From: Sphyrna mokarran
Taxonomy: Eukaryota
Reading direction: 5' to 3'
Length of the DNA: 64,000 bases
NCBI GenBank assembly: GCA_024679065.1
Contig: JAGIQG010000032.1
Location: forward strand, 18,662,001-18,726,000
Each line of letters opens with the position of its first letter. Within the stretch, counting starts at the first letter, position 1. Positions 37,599 to 48,526 of the stretch are shown piece by piece. The notes beneath the pieces were generated by a model that had not been told where the DNA came from, did no database searches, and saw nothing but the letters and a program-made list of their open reading frames with translations. Both the position numbers and the translations under genes were made by a program.

Positions 37599-38065
37599 AC
37601 TGGTTCGTCATAGTAAATTGTGTAACGGCTTCCATAATGTAGCTAAATTGGGGACAAATTTGACATAATTTTCCAGTTCCAAAAAGGATCTTAATCATGT
37701 CACATTTGTTGGATGTGGTTCCTCTGAAATAGTGTTTATCTTGTTAAGTTTTTCTTGTAGGCCTTTACTATCAATAACATGACCCAATACTCAATTGACA
37801 TCTGGAAATGGTCACAGTTTTCTTTCTTGATATGCAGACTATGTGCTTGAAGACATTCCAATGTTACTCTTAAATTATTCAAGTATTTTTGTTCACTGGA
37901 CCCTGATCATTTAGGTAATGTTGTATACCAGAGAGACACTTAAAATCTGATCTATTGATTTTTGGAATAGGATTCGTGTGGATTTTATTCCAAAAGCAAT
38001 CTTTTATAACAAAAAAGACCTTTATGAGTAACAATGGTTACTCACTGGTTATTCAATGGTTACTC

Positions 38066-39870
38066 TAAAGCTTTCTTTAGATATGTTAAGAATAGAAGAT
38101 TAGTTAAGGCAAGATTAGGGCCAGTCAGAGACTGCAGTGGGAAGTTGTGCGTGGAGCCTGAAGAGATCAGGGAGGCACTGAACAAATATTTCTCTTTGGT
38201 ATTCACGCAGGGAGACATAAATGTAGCTGTGGAGAACACTGGGGTACAGGGTTGTAAACTGGAAAGTATTGAAGTAGATAAGGAGGAGGTGTTAGATATT
38301 CTTGAGGGTTTGAAAATAGATAAGTCCCCTGGGCCGGACGGGATTTACCCTAGAATTCTCTGGGAGTCAAGAGAGGCAATTGCAGAGCCTTCGGTTCTGA
38401 TCTTCAGGTTGTCATTGGTTACAGGTATAGTGCCAGATGACTGGAGGATAGCGAATGTTGTCCCATTGTTCAAGAAGGGGAATAGAGACTCTCCTGGGAA
38501 TAATAGACCTGTGAGTCTTACTTCTGTTGTGGGCAAAGTATTGGAAAGAATTATTAGGGATAGGATTTATAGTTATTTAGAGAGAAATGAATTGATTGGG
38601 GATAGTCAGCATGGTTTTGTGAAGGGTAGGTTGTGCCTTACTAATCTTATTGAGTTTTTTGAAAAGGTGACCAAAGAGCTGGATAAGGGTAAGGCAGTTG
38701 ACGTGGTATATATGGACTTTAGTAAGGTGTTCGATAAGGTTCCCCATGGAAGGCTTCTGCAGAAAATGCAGATGTATGGGATTGAGGGTGATTTAGCTAA
38801 TTGGATCAGGAATTGGCTAGCTGATAGAAGACAGAGGGTGATGGTTGATGGAAATTATTCATCATGGAGTTCGGTTACAAGTGGTGTACCTCAGGGATCT
38901 GTTTTGGGGCCCCTGCTGTTTGTAATTTTTTATAAATGATCTGGATGAGGGTATTGAAGGATGGATTAGTAAATTTGCGGATGACACCAAAGTCGGAGGA
39001 GTGGTAGATAGTGAAGAGGGGTGTTATAGTTTGCGGAGAGACTTGGACAAGTTGCAGAGCTGGGCCGAGAGGTGGCAAATGGAGTTTAATGTGGAAAAGT
39101 GTGATGTAATTCACTTTGGCAGGAATAACAAATGTGTAGAGTATAGGGCTAATGGTAGGACTCTTAATAGTGTTGATGAACAGAGGGATTTAGGTGTATA
39201 TGTGCATAGATCCCTGAAAGTTGGCAATCAAGTCAATAAGGTTGTTAAGAAGGCATACGGAGTCTTGGCTTTTATTGGTAGGGGGGTTGAATTTTGGAGC
39301 CACAACATCATGTTGCAACTGTACAAAACTCTGGTGCGGTCTCACTTGGAGTATTGTGTACAGTTCTGGTCACCACATTATAAGAAAGATGTGGAGACAT
39401 TGGAGAGGGTGCAGAGGAGGTTTACCAGGATGTTGCCTGGTATGGAGGGAAGGTCTTATGAGGAGAGGCTGAGGGATTTGAGGTTGTTTTCATTAGAAAG
39501 AAGGCGGCTACAAGGAGACCTTATTGAAGCATGTAAGATGATCAGAGGATTAGACAGAGTGGACAGTGATAGCCTTTTTCCTCGGATAGAGAAAGCTAGC
39601 ACGAGGGGACATAGCTTTAAATTAAGGGATGGTAGTTATAGGACAGATGTCAGAGGTAGGTTCTTTACCCAGAGGGTGGTAAGTATGGAATGCCCTGCCT
39701 GCTGCAGTTGTAGATGCGCCAGGTTTGGAGGCGTTTAAGTGGTCAGTGGATAGGTTTATGGATAAAAAGGGAATGGTTTAGGTTAGAGAGTCATTGCTTT
39801 TTCTTAATTGGTCGGTGCAACATCGAGGGCCGAAGGGCCTGTTCTGCGCTGTAATGTTCTATGTTCTATG
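38066..39870 (+). mobile_element. Young CR1 inserted in Gypsy RT
   Basis: ORFs 38034-38939 and 39001-39738 carry the RT motifs; TSD ATGGT. Removing the insertion restores QQLFTIVTHKG on the minus strand. Confidence 0.97.
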
Positions 39871-40626
39871 GTAAATAATTGTTGTGATTCAGTGACTATA
39901 TCAATCTATAAATATGTTTGTGAAAGATCAGTCTTGCTGAATTTCTACCCACCTGATAATCCAGCAAATAAATCTTCAGTTACACAACTCTGAATTTATG
40001 ACTGTTTTAAAATCACCATAAAATGCATTGAACCATCTAGTTTCATATGATGGAGTATGATGGGATAGCTCAGTCATTGTAACGGGTTCTAACATACTAT
40101 TGTCAAGGAGTCATATTAATTCTTCAACCTTCGGATGAATTGCATTTTGCACCACTCTTGCTTTGAGACGTTTTAGTTGATAATAAGGCTTTATCTAGCA
40201 TCAAGTCAAAGTTTGACTTGAACTCCCTTCATTGAGCTAAGTGTCTCTTTGAATGCACTCTTATGTTTATCCAGAAGATGCTATAGGTCTGTTTAGTATT
40301 AACCAATCTGTTGCACTTAAGCCTAATCTTCTCCAGTCATGATCTTCCAACTACAGCTAGAAAATTATCACAATAACATGGAGAGGGAACTTCACTGTTT
40401 GTCCACTCAACTCTACATTGACCTTGATACTTTCTATGTATGTTCTTAAAATCACAGATGGTATTAAGGGAAGATGCTTCAATATTTGCTAATGCATAGT
40501 GTCAGGAATTAAAGATACAGCAGCACCAGTATCAACTTCCATCTAATAGATTGTCTACTTAGCTTCAGAATCACCAGAATCTATGTGATTCACCCTGTAT
40601 GGATATGTTCAGTCAAAACTCAACAC

Positions 40627-40755
40627 TAAGGGGCAATTAAGCATGGCCAATTAACCTAATCCACACATCTTTGGACTGTGGGAGGAAACCTGAACACCTG
40701 GAGAAAGCCCACACAAATACATGGAAAATGTGCAAACTCCATACAGATAGTGACC
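40627..40755 (-). mobile_element. V-SINE core fragment
   Basis: CACATCTTTGGACTGTGGGAGGAAACC...CAAACTCCATACAGA. Confidence 0.85.
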
Positions 40756-40928
40756 TAGATACCATTGATCCAATGGTCCAGAAACAAAATAGTGTAGATG
40801 TTGAAAATCTGAAATATAAACAGAAAATGCTGAAAATACTTAGCAAGAATACTGTAGTAGAAGATCAAAGGGTAAAAAGGAGAGAGGAACATGAAACAAT
40901 TGCAGTTCATGAGGCTACATCAGAATAT

Positions 40929-41020
40929 TAGAACATAGAAACAGGAGTAGGCCAATCGACTCATTAAGCCTGCTTCACCATTCAATATGATCAAGGATGA
41001 TTGAACACTTCAATGCCTTT
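40929..41020 (-). mobile_element. CR1 3' tail
   Basis: TAGAACATAGAAACAGGAGTAGGCCA...CCATTCAAT. Confidence 0.75.
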
Positions 41021-41029
41021 TATACACAT

Positions 41030-42020
41030 AGGACCCAATTTTACCCCCAAGTTGCACTCATTTTTGTGTGCGAAAGCTTGGTAAGTCGGGTGAGTAGCGC
41101 AATCCATGCCTATCTCAGTGCCAATACCCTCTTTAACAAGTGCATAAAATGGCCACAATCAGGACCGCGCCCTAAGTGGGTATGATGGCAATTTGAATGC
41201 ATTTGTATGCATTTAAATTGACTTAATGGGCTGCACACCCAATCTTACTGGCACTTCCCCCTTTACCACCACATTGGCACATCCAGAATCGGCACAAAAC
41301 AGATATGCTCCACACAAGTCCAATTCAGGCCCTCCAGTTAATGAGAAGGTAATGCGGAGTGTCCAATAGCTCTCTTGGTGGGAGGGCAGGGTCCACTGCC
41401 ACAATACCTGAGATCAGGGAGAGGTAAGGGGAGTCTGATGCTACTCTGCCTCAGATCAGTGGGAGGGGGAGTCCACTGCCACTCTGCCTGAGATCAGTAA
41501 GGGGAAGGAGAGTCCACTGACACTCTGCCTGAGATCAGTGAGGAGAAAAGAGAGTCCACTGCCATTCTGCCTGAGATCAGTGAAGGGGAAGGGGAGTCCA
41601 CTGCCACTTTGCCTGTGTGATCAGTGAGGGGGAAGGAGGCATCTGCTGCCACATTGCCTGAGATCAGCGGGAGGGGGAGAGCGCGGTGGGAGGGGGAGCG
41701 GCTCAAGATCGGTCTGGGTGATGAAGGTAGTGGGTGAGGGAATAAAGGAGTAATATTGTGGGATGGGGCAACATCTGTGGAGGCCAGAAGATGGCATTAT
41801 TTGGCCTAGAAGTGATGTAGCAGAGGAACTGCATTCTGTCCTTTGTTTTTTTGTGCCTGCACAGTTGGAGGTGCCAATCGGAGCCGATTGTGTTAAGTCC
41901 CACCCACAGATTTCTGCAGAGCAACTCAGAATTGCTGATTTTTTTTCAAACTGAGTGCATATGGGGCACCTGAGAATGGATCTAAAAATCGGTTCTGAAA
42001 CACTCCCAGTTTCAAGTCCT
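41030..42020. repeat. GC-rich interspersed repeat containing a minisatellite
   Basis: Compositional block that appears to interrupt a minus-strand CR1 (40929-41020 and 42040-42160). Confidence 0.5.
41391..41680. repeat. Minisatellite, about 7 units of 38-45 bp
   Basis: Unit GTCCACTGCCACTCTGCCTGAGATCAGTGAGGGGAAGGGGA. Confidence 0.9.
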
Positions 42021-42189
42021 TGCCTTCAATTCCTTATTGACAAGGACACCCAGGTTCTTTTGTACATCTACATTTTCTAATTTCTTACCATTTACGAAAT
42101 ATTCTACACATCTGTTCCTTCTACCAAAGTGGACTTACTCAAAATTTTCACATTTCATCCTACCTGCCACATTGTTGCCAATTCACTAA

Positions 42190-42600
42190 ATTCATGGGAC
42201 TAAAGGCTGAAAAGTGGACTTGACCTGATAGTCTGCATTCCAGCATCTTAAAACAAATGGCTGCCAAGATAGTGAATGTGTTGGTTTTAATCTTCCAAAA
42301 TTCCCTAGAATCTGGAAAGGTCCCAGTTAATTGGAAAACTCTAAATGTAATACCTTTATCCAAGAAAGAGAGGAAGCAGAAGGCAGGAATCTATAACTCA
42401 GTCAGCCTAATGTATGTCATTGGGAAAATGCTGGCATACATTACTAAGGAAGTAGCAGCAGGACACAGAGAAAGTCATAGTAAATACACTTTGACTCTGA
42501 TCGATTGTATGAAAAGATAATTATTTTGACAAATTCATTAGAGTTTGTTGAGGGTGGAACAAGCAGGTGAATAAAGAGGAACCAATACATGTAGGATACT
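42190..42600 (+). mobile_element. Old CR1 RT N-terminal fragment
   Basis: ORF 42257-42520: IFQNSLESGKVPVNWK..NVIPL.KK.RKQKAG.Y.SVSL. Confidence 0.85.
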
Positions 42601-42690
42601 GGTTTCTCTTTATCCACCTGCTTGTTCCATCCTCAACAAACTCTAATGAATTTGTCAAAATAATTATCTTTTCGTACAATCAATCAGAGT
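42494..42690. repeat. Near-perfect palindrome: 94-bp arms, 9-nt loop
   Basis: Arms 42494-42587 and 42597-42690 differ by 6 transitions. Confidence 0.95.
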
Positions 42691-43374
42691 GTAGGGTGAA
42701 ATTTTCCCTTTTTTTATGTGTTGGAATAGGTGAGAAGACTGGTGTGCCACTCACCAGTTATACAGTGGGTTTTTCTCTTTATATTATTCAGGATCTTTAG
42801 CCAAAAAGTGCTGGAGGTGTGTCTCACACCATCACGCAGACAGGGCCTGAAAAAGCTGCCTACCTTGTTTCTCTTGTTTTTAAAGGGTGCCCCAATTCTC
42901 CAGAACAAAAAACCTAAGAACAGCTCCAGGAGCACAGAAACCCATAATCATCACCATGGGAACCCCCCACCGCCCCACACTACATACCACATACACACAT
43001 ACCAAGTTCCCACCACCCCCTGGTTCATGTTATGAAAAACCTGTTGCAAATCTCACCAACATGATGTCACACCAGTGAGGAGGGTGTTCCCAATTGCATT
43101 TAATTATTGTTTTACACACCATTCAGACACACACATTTACACACATTTATTCAGATGGATTTACTCTCTGAATAATCTCCATGTAGCATGATACCACACA
43201 TCTTAAAACTTAAGTCAGGTTGTGTTGCAGGATATGCCAAGATCTATTAATGTAACCAAAGCATTATTTCAACCCATTAAGTGGTGATAAGTGATTATTC
43301 ATATAGAATAATTTCTCCTATTTTACTTGTGTTATTTTGATTTCACCAGATTAAGCTATTCTAGGTTTGCCTTT

Positions 43375-43673
43375 AGAACAAAGAACAAAGAAAATTACAG
43401 CATAGGAACAGGCCCTTCAGCCTCCAAGCCTGCACTGATCATGCTGCCTGACTTAACTAAAACCATCTACCCTTTCAGGACCATATCCCTCTACTCCTAT
43501 TCAATTCGTGTATTTGTCAAGATGCCCCTTAAAAGTCACTATGCTATCCGTTTCTACTACCTCCCCTTGCATTGAGTTCCAGGCAGCCACCACCCTCTAT
43601 GTAAAAGATCTGCCTCGTACATCTCCTTTAAACCTTGCCCCTCGCATCTTAAATCTATGACCCATAGTAATTG
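43375..43673 (-). mobile_element. CR1 3' end
   Basis: AGAACAAAGAACAAAG...GGCCCTTCAGCC; same subfamily as 2281-2780. Confidence 0.9.
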
Positions 43674-44229
43674 AAATCAAATATCAGTGAGACAATGGAC
43701 TTTCTTAAAATGAAGTTTTCATGATAGCTGTTTGGGTAATGAGGAGTTGATGGCTGTTTGTGTACCAGATATTGATTATTCTGATTAAAGTTGATCAACT
43801 TTACTTTGCATGGAGCAAAATTTTACTTTGCATGGAGTGAATAACACTAATGGATGCAATCTATAACTCCCTGGGCCTTCATTTAATAAAATTACATTGC
43901 CATCTTATCCTCCTGCTGAATGTCAATGGAAGAAGAAATTGCTTTCTATCTCAGTGTGATGCAGACTGACAAATGTGAATGATATTGAAAGTGACAGCTT
44001 GGAATGATCCAAAGGCATAGAAAGTAAGTATTGAATTTCACAGCTGCAGAAAATGCCCTTCCTATGGAAAAGTTTGGCCATATGTTACTTTGTAGTATGT
44101 AGCACATCGTAGTTGCAGGCTCCACAATCTACACAAGTACTATTCCACTAACAATTCTAACAATGTATTTCTCGCTCTGTAAACAAAGGTTTGAGAATAC
44201 TGGTATTCTCTGAGCATCTCTGATATAGC

Positions 44230-45110
44230 CTGTTCTTCTCCTCTTACAAAAACCTTGATTCCTTTACTGATCAAAAATCTATCTATCACAGCATATAAAC
44301 ACACAAGGGCTCTGCCTCCACAGGTTTCTGTGGCAAGGAGTTCTAAAGATTTGGAACTCCCGAGAGAAAAAAAATCCTTCTCATCTCAGTCTTAACTGGG
44401 TATCCCTTTATTCTGAGACTATGCCCTTTGGTCCTAGGTTCTCGCATGAGGGGAAATATCATCTCATTTACCATGTTAAGCCCCTTAAGAATCCTATATG
44501 TTTCAATGCTATCATCTCTCATTCTTCCAAATTCAAAGAAATCCAACCTTGTTTAACCTATCCTCTTATAACAATACCTCCTTACCAGAGAATCATCCTA
44601 ATGAACCTTCTCTGAACTGTCTCCAATGAAATATTAGGTCTAATTCTTTGATCTCGCCTGCATCTGGAATCTTCCGGTCCTGCTGCAATGAAGAACCAAT
44701 ATTCTATTAGCCTTCTTCGTTACCTGCTGCACCTGTGTACTAGCTTTCTGCGTTTCTTGCTCAAATACCCCCAAGTCCCCCTGTGTTGCAGCTCTCTGCA
44801 GTTTTTCTCAATTCATATTTGTTCTCCCTTCCAAAATGAACAACTTCACGTTTACCCATATTAAATCCATTGGCCAACTTTTTGCCAGCTTACTTAACAT
44901 ATCAATAACTATTTGTAAACTGTTTGTGTATCTCTCACAACTTGCTTTCCATCTATTTTTGCATTATCTGCAAATTTGGTTACAGTACATTTGCATTCTT
45001 CCTCTGGATCATTTATATTGTAAACTGCTGAAGACTTAGTGCTGATTTCTGTGGAACCTCATGGTTACAGGTCACCAACCCAAAAAAAACCTTATCCTCA
45101 CTCAATATCT
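44230..45110 (-). mobile_element. Old CR1 fragment
   Basis: ORF 44343-44546: EFGRMRDD.IETYRILKGL...RTKGHSLRIKG. Confidence 0.85.
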
Positions 45111-45959
45111 CTTGGAATGCGTTTGTATCCCTCTCGCAACTTTGCTTTCCACTTTTCTTTGCACCTTCCCACTTTCTGTCTCTCTCAAAATCAGAAACAG
45201 AAATGCACTTGATGACTAAATGGGTGAATATTGGAAGTTACAGATCTCAAATTTTTTTTCAGCAGTTTACACATGCTTGACTGATTGGAAAATCTAGCCA
45301 ACAATTGCCCAGCAGTCCAACATAATTGGTTTACTATTGTTGGGATTGAAATGTTCAAAGACTGCAAACAAACAAAGCAAAGTGGAATAAAATAAAATAA
45401 AATAAAAGAAGGAATAAAATGTCCTGTTCAGGGTGAATGAGTGATGATAAAAGGATTGGAAGGTTGACTATGTGTGGTAATGCTAGGGCAAGATTATGGG
45501 TGGCCCAGGCAAACGTTCCCTAGATTCAGCACCACCTGCAGTGAGGTGGGGGAGTTGGTGGGAGAGGGGGGAGGAAATCACAAACTCAGAATGTCCAAGA
45601 CTGTCAACTCATGATGCATTGTGGGCAGTGATCCTGAAAATTAGGAGCCCCTTTGGGGTTCCCTTGATGGACTCAGGTCTCCTCTGAGTGTTGTACAGCA
45701 AATTATCCTCCAACAAGTGAAGTGGATGAAGGTTAGGCTTGCAGCTGAAAGATATATGGAAGAGGTGAAGGAAGAGATTGGTGGGTTTTCAAGAATGCCT
45801 AAGTGGCAGCACTCGTTTTAGAGTGGTTGTTCTGTATTGGGGAAAGTGTTTAGCGAGAATGCAGGAGTTGTGCTGCCCTTAAATAGGCGAATGGGAGAGT
45901 TAATGGTGTGCATATTTCTTTAAGAAATGCCCAGATAGGAAAGGATGAAAAATATAAAG

Positions 45960-46160
45960 TTAACTTTGCATGTTCTGATCCAATATTTCTTCTGATATTG
46001 CTGTGAAGTTCTTAGTGTGAGGGAATTGGCGATAAGTGCCATTTCTCTCCAGAAAGCAAGGCTGATTTGATGGGTGTCTTGATACACCAAATGTAACACA
46101 GCTATCCTTCTATCTTCAATTTTTCCAGTCTTCTTGTGAAAAGTTCTCAACAATTTGAGG
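45960..46160 (-). pseudogene. Degenerate Myb/SANT-like DNA-binding domain (Harbinger accessory/MSANTD type)
   Basis: NFSQE (shifted frame) then IEDRRIAVL...AFWREMALIANSLTLRTSQQYQKKYW fits the NFS..E...E.RR.VL...W.E.A...N...RT..QC.KKW pattern. Confidence 0.6.
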
Positions 46161-46441
46161 GCACTGACTCATCATAATGCCTGTTAGGCACAATTGGCCT
46201 GTGACTGGTAATAGTTCTGACCAGGGTACCTCAAATAAAGGTAGGAGATAGCCTGAATGGATCAAATGGAAAGGGAATAAAGTCAAAAAATCTCTAAGTT
46301 TCCACTAGCTGTCCATGATTGTCCTACACTTCTATGTTGCTCACAGAATCTTTTTACAATGTTATTGGACAATGCCATTATACATAGAGTTTACTAATCA
46401 ATATAATTCTGTGCTCCTTCCTCTGCTTGTGTTATTTTCAG

Positions 46442-46546
46442 GCACCTTGAAAAGGGAGGAAATTCAGATTCCAGATGTTGACCAAGAGTTGGCAGATGTG
46501 ACAGTGCACTTGGCCTGCAGTAAATTAAGGTGGATTGAAGATGTTG
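46442..46546 (+). CDS. Candidate internal exon (78 or 105 nt, phase 1-1) of an unidentified gene
   Basis: TACTAAT branch site, AG-free pyrimidine tract and TTTTCAG acceptor; open frame GTLKREEIQIPDVDQELADVTVHLAC(SKLRWIEDV). Donors GCA|GTAAAT (46519) or TTG|GTAGTT (46546) are only moderate. Confidence 0.35.
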
Positions 46547-47605
46547 GTAGTTAAATATTCTTATCAACTTCATATGTGAGCACTAACCTTTGTTGTAAAT
46601 CAGGGGGTTAGGTTTGTGCTCACTATAAAAGATAAATAGTTCAGCTGAATACTAAGGTGAACCGATCATCAAGAGTTTTGATGATCAAGAGTTTTTTTTT
46701 CGAGGGGAACATGATGTTGTAAGCTTATTCATATGTAGAATGACTCTATGTGGTGATTTTCTTTGCTCTTTATATTTTAAATGCATTTTATTTTCTTTGT
46801 AAATTTTTAATCTACAATGCACTCTGCACTGTCCTCAGCTGAAAGAAACTGCTGCTCAGCTTATGTCAATAACTCTATTGATCTAACTGCTTCAAAATAC
46901 CTGAAAAAAGAATGGCTCTTGCAAGAAATCATGGAAATGAAACTGGTTCTTATAACTGGAATATGGACTGACAACACTAAGACCACCCATAACTATGTGG
47001 TCACAGTCAATATATACAAAATAATTCTCATTTGCTTTCACTTATATTGTGATTTTTTTTTCTGCTCTTCAAGGATCTCAACACTGCGGAATGGAACATG
47101 TTTCCACTTTAGGCATTCAACATCAGCAATCAACATTTCCATTTCAAGCATAGAATAGATTAGATACAGAGTAAAATGTCATACCCTGTTCCAATTATGT
47201 ACCCTAAACATAACTGATTTCACAAAGGCTTCTCATAATTGTGCCAGACAAGACATTTTCAATCGCTGGTTCAGCAGGAACTAGGCCTATGAACCTACCA
47301 GCCTGTGCTCAAATGGAAGAATTAAATATCCATATCCCTTACATAAATATCAAGTCATCACAAAAAAATTAAACATCACATTAATAAAATATAGTTGCAC
47401 TCAAAGAGTACAAAATTGCCTTGAATTATTTGTAAAACATTGCTTCCATTGCAAGAAAAGGTTGTGCCTGACTACGTATTGCTAATATACACCAAGGGGC
47501 TAGCAAAGCTCAAGATAGTGCTAATCAGCTACAGTCTCTGGCATGTCTCCATCTTCTTCCAGAATGATGTATGGTTAATGTATGGGAATAGTATCTATGG
47601 CATAG

Positions 47606-47930
47606 AGGAGGTCTTGTGGCACCGTGGATAGCATCTCTGCCTCAGAGCTAGAGGCTATGGGTTTGAGTGTCACTCCAGAACTCAATGGCTAAGGAACTGG
47701 TATTCATAACAATCAACAGTTTGACCTATAAATTTAACCTGTAAAATTCTTCCAACACACGGCAGGCAATAAGGGTGGGAGAGACTCCTGGTTCGTCATG
47801 CTTGATGCAGCATGGTGCCCCTCAAGCTATAAGCTTCTGGTGACAGGCTAGTGACTTGTTCCAGGGAAAATCTCAATGTGGGAATGGATAAAAGTCTGCT
47901 CTATGCAACATTATGCTTTGGAAAAAAAAC
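47606..47930 (+). mobile_element. Different tRNA-derived SINE family
   Basis: A-box-like TGGCACCGTGG and B-box-like GGTTTGAGTGTC; body unrelated to the V core; A-rich end. Confidence 0.55.
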
Positions 47931-48282
47931 AACATCTATGAAAACTACTTTGAATTTATTTCTGGGTAATTCACCACGAGTGAAAATTTTTGGAGATTAA
48001 ATCACAAAATAGAAGCAACTAACATATCAATATTTTCAAAGTGTATTTTATTAATAGATATTGTATAAAGTATTAAATTTTATGAATAGCTACAGGATCT
48101 TGATAGTCTGGTGCAATGCTTTCATTCAGGTAATTCAAGCAAAATGTCACTTTTTGCTGACAGTACTTCACACTTTTGTACAGATTAAAACATAAATTCC
48201 CTTTGAGAAAAAACAATAGTGGATAACCAATACCATGAAAGTACCAGTAGTACAACTTACTTGCAAGTTAAGGTAAATAGTA

Positions 48283-48395
48283 TTGGTTAGGTGCATGGAC
48301 CTGAACAGGACTGTGGCAACGAGGGGAATTTCATGGTAATTTCATTGCAGTGTTAACGTAAGCCTTAAACATGACTAATAAATAAACTTTACTTT
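48283..48395 (+). mobile_element. V-SINE type 2, 3' fragment
   Basis: TTCATTGCAGTGTTAACGTAAGCC...ACTAATAAATAAACTTT. Confidence 0.8.
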
Positions 48396-48526
48396 GAAGT
48401 TCCCAAGCAATTTTCAAGTCAATTAATCCAGCTCAAGCCCATACAGAGAGATGGCAACAATTTTCCCCTTCAATCTTGTGTCATTTCTGGGTCTGTGGTA
48501 GATAATATTGATAGCAAATTATTGCT

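Larger units (their letters stand above)
33726..40625 (-). mobile_element. Decayed Gypsy (Mag-like) element: protease-RT-RNaseH-integrase-PPT-3'LTR, with four nested insertions
   Basis: Minus-strand motifs MEVDTGAAVSL (~40510-40542), GDFK, EDLFAGLSGG, TIVTHKGLF.YKR, YLND, CDTSSYG, LEKEALSIIFGI, HHYLYG and WPEV..STT.QTIEKL..FARFG.PEQI; PPT AGAAAGGGGAAAGCA at 34177-34191. Confidence 0.93.

Noticed and set aside
41391-41680. CRISPR-like repeat array
   Set aside because: Units are contiguous with no unique spacers, there are no cas genes, and the context is eukaryotic.
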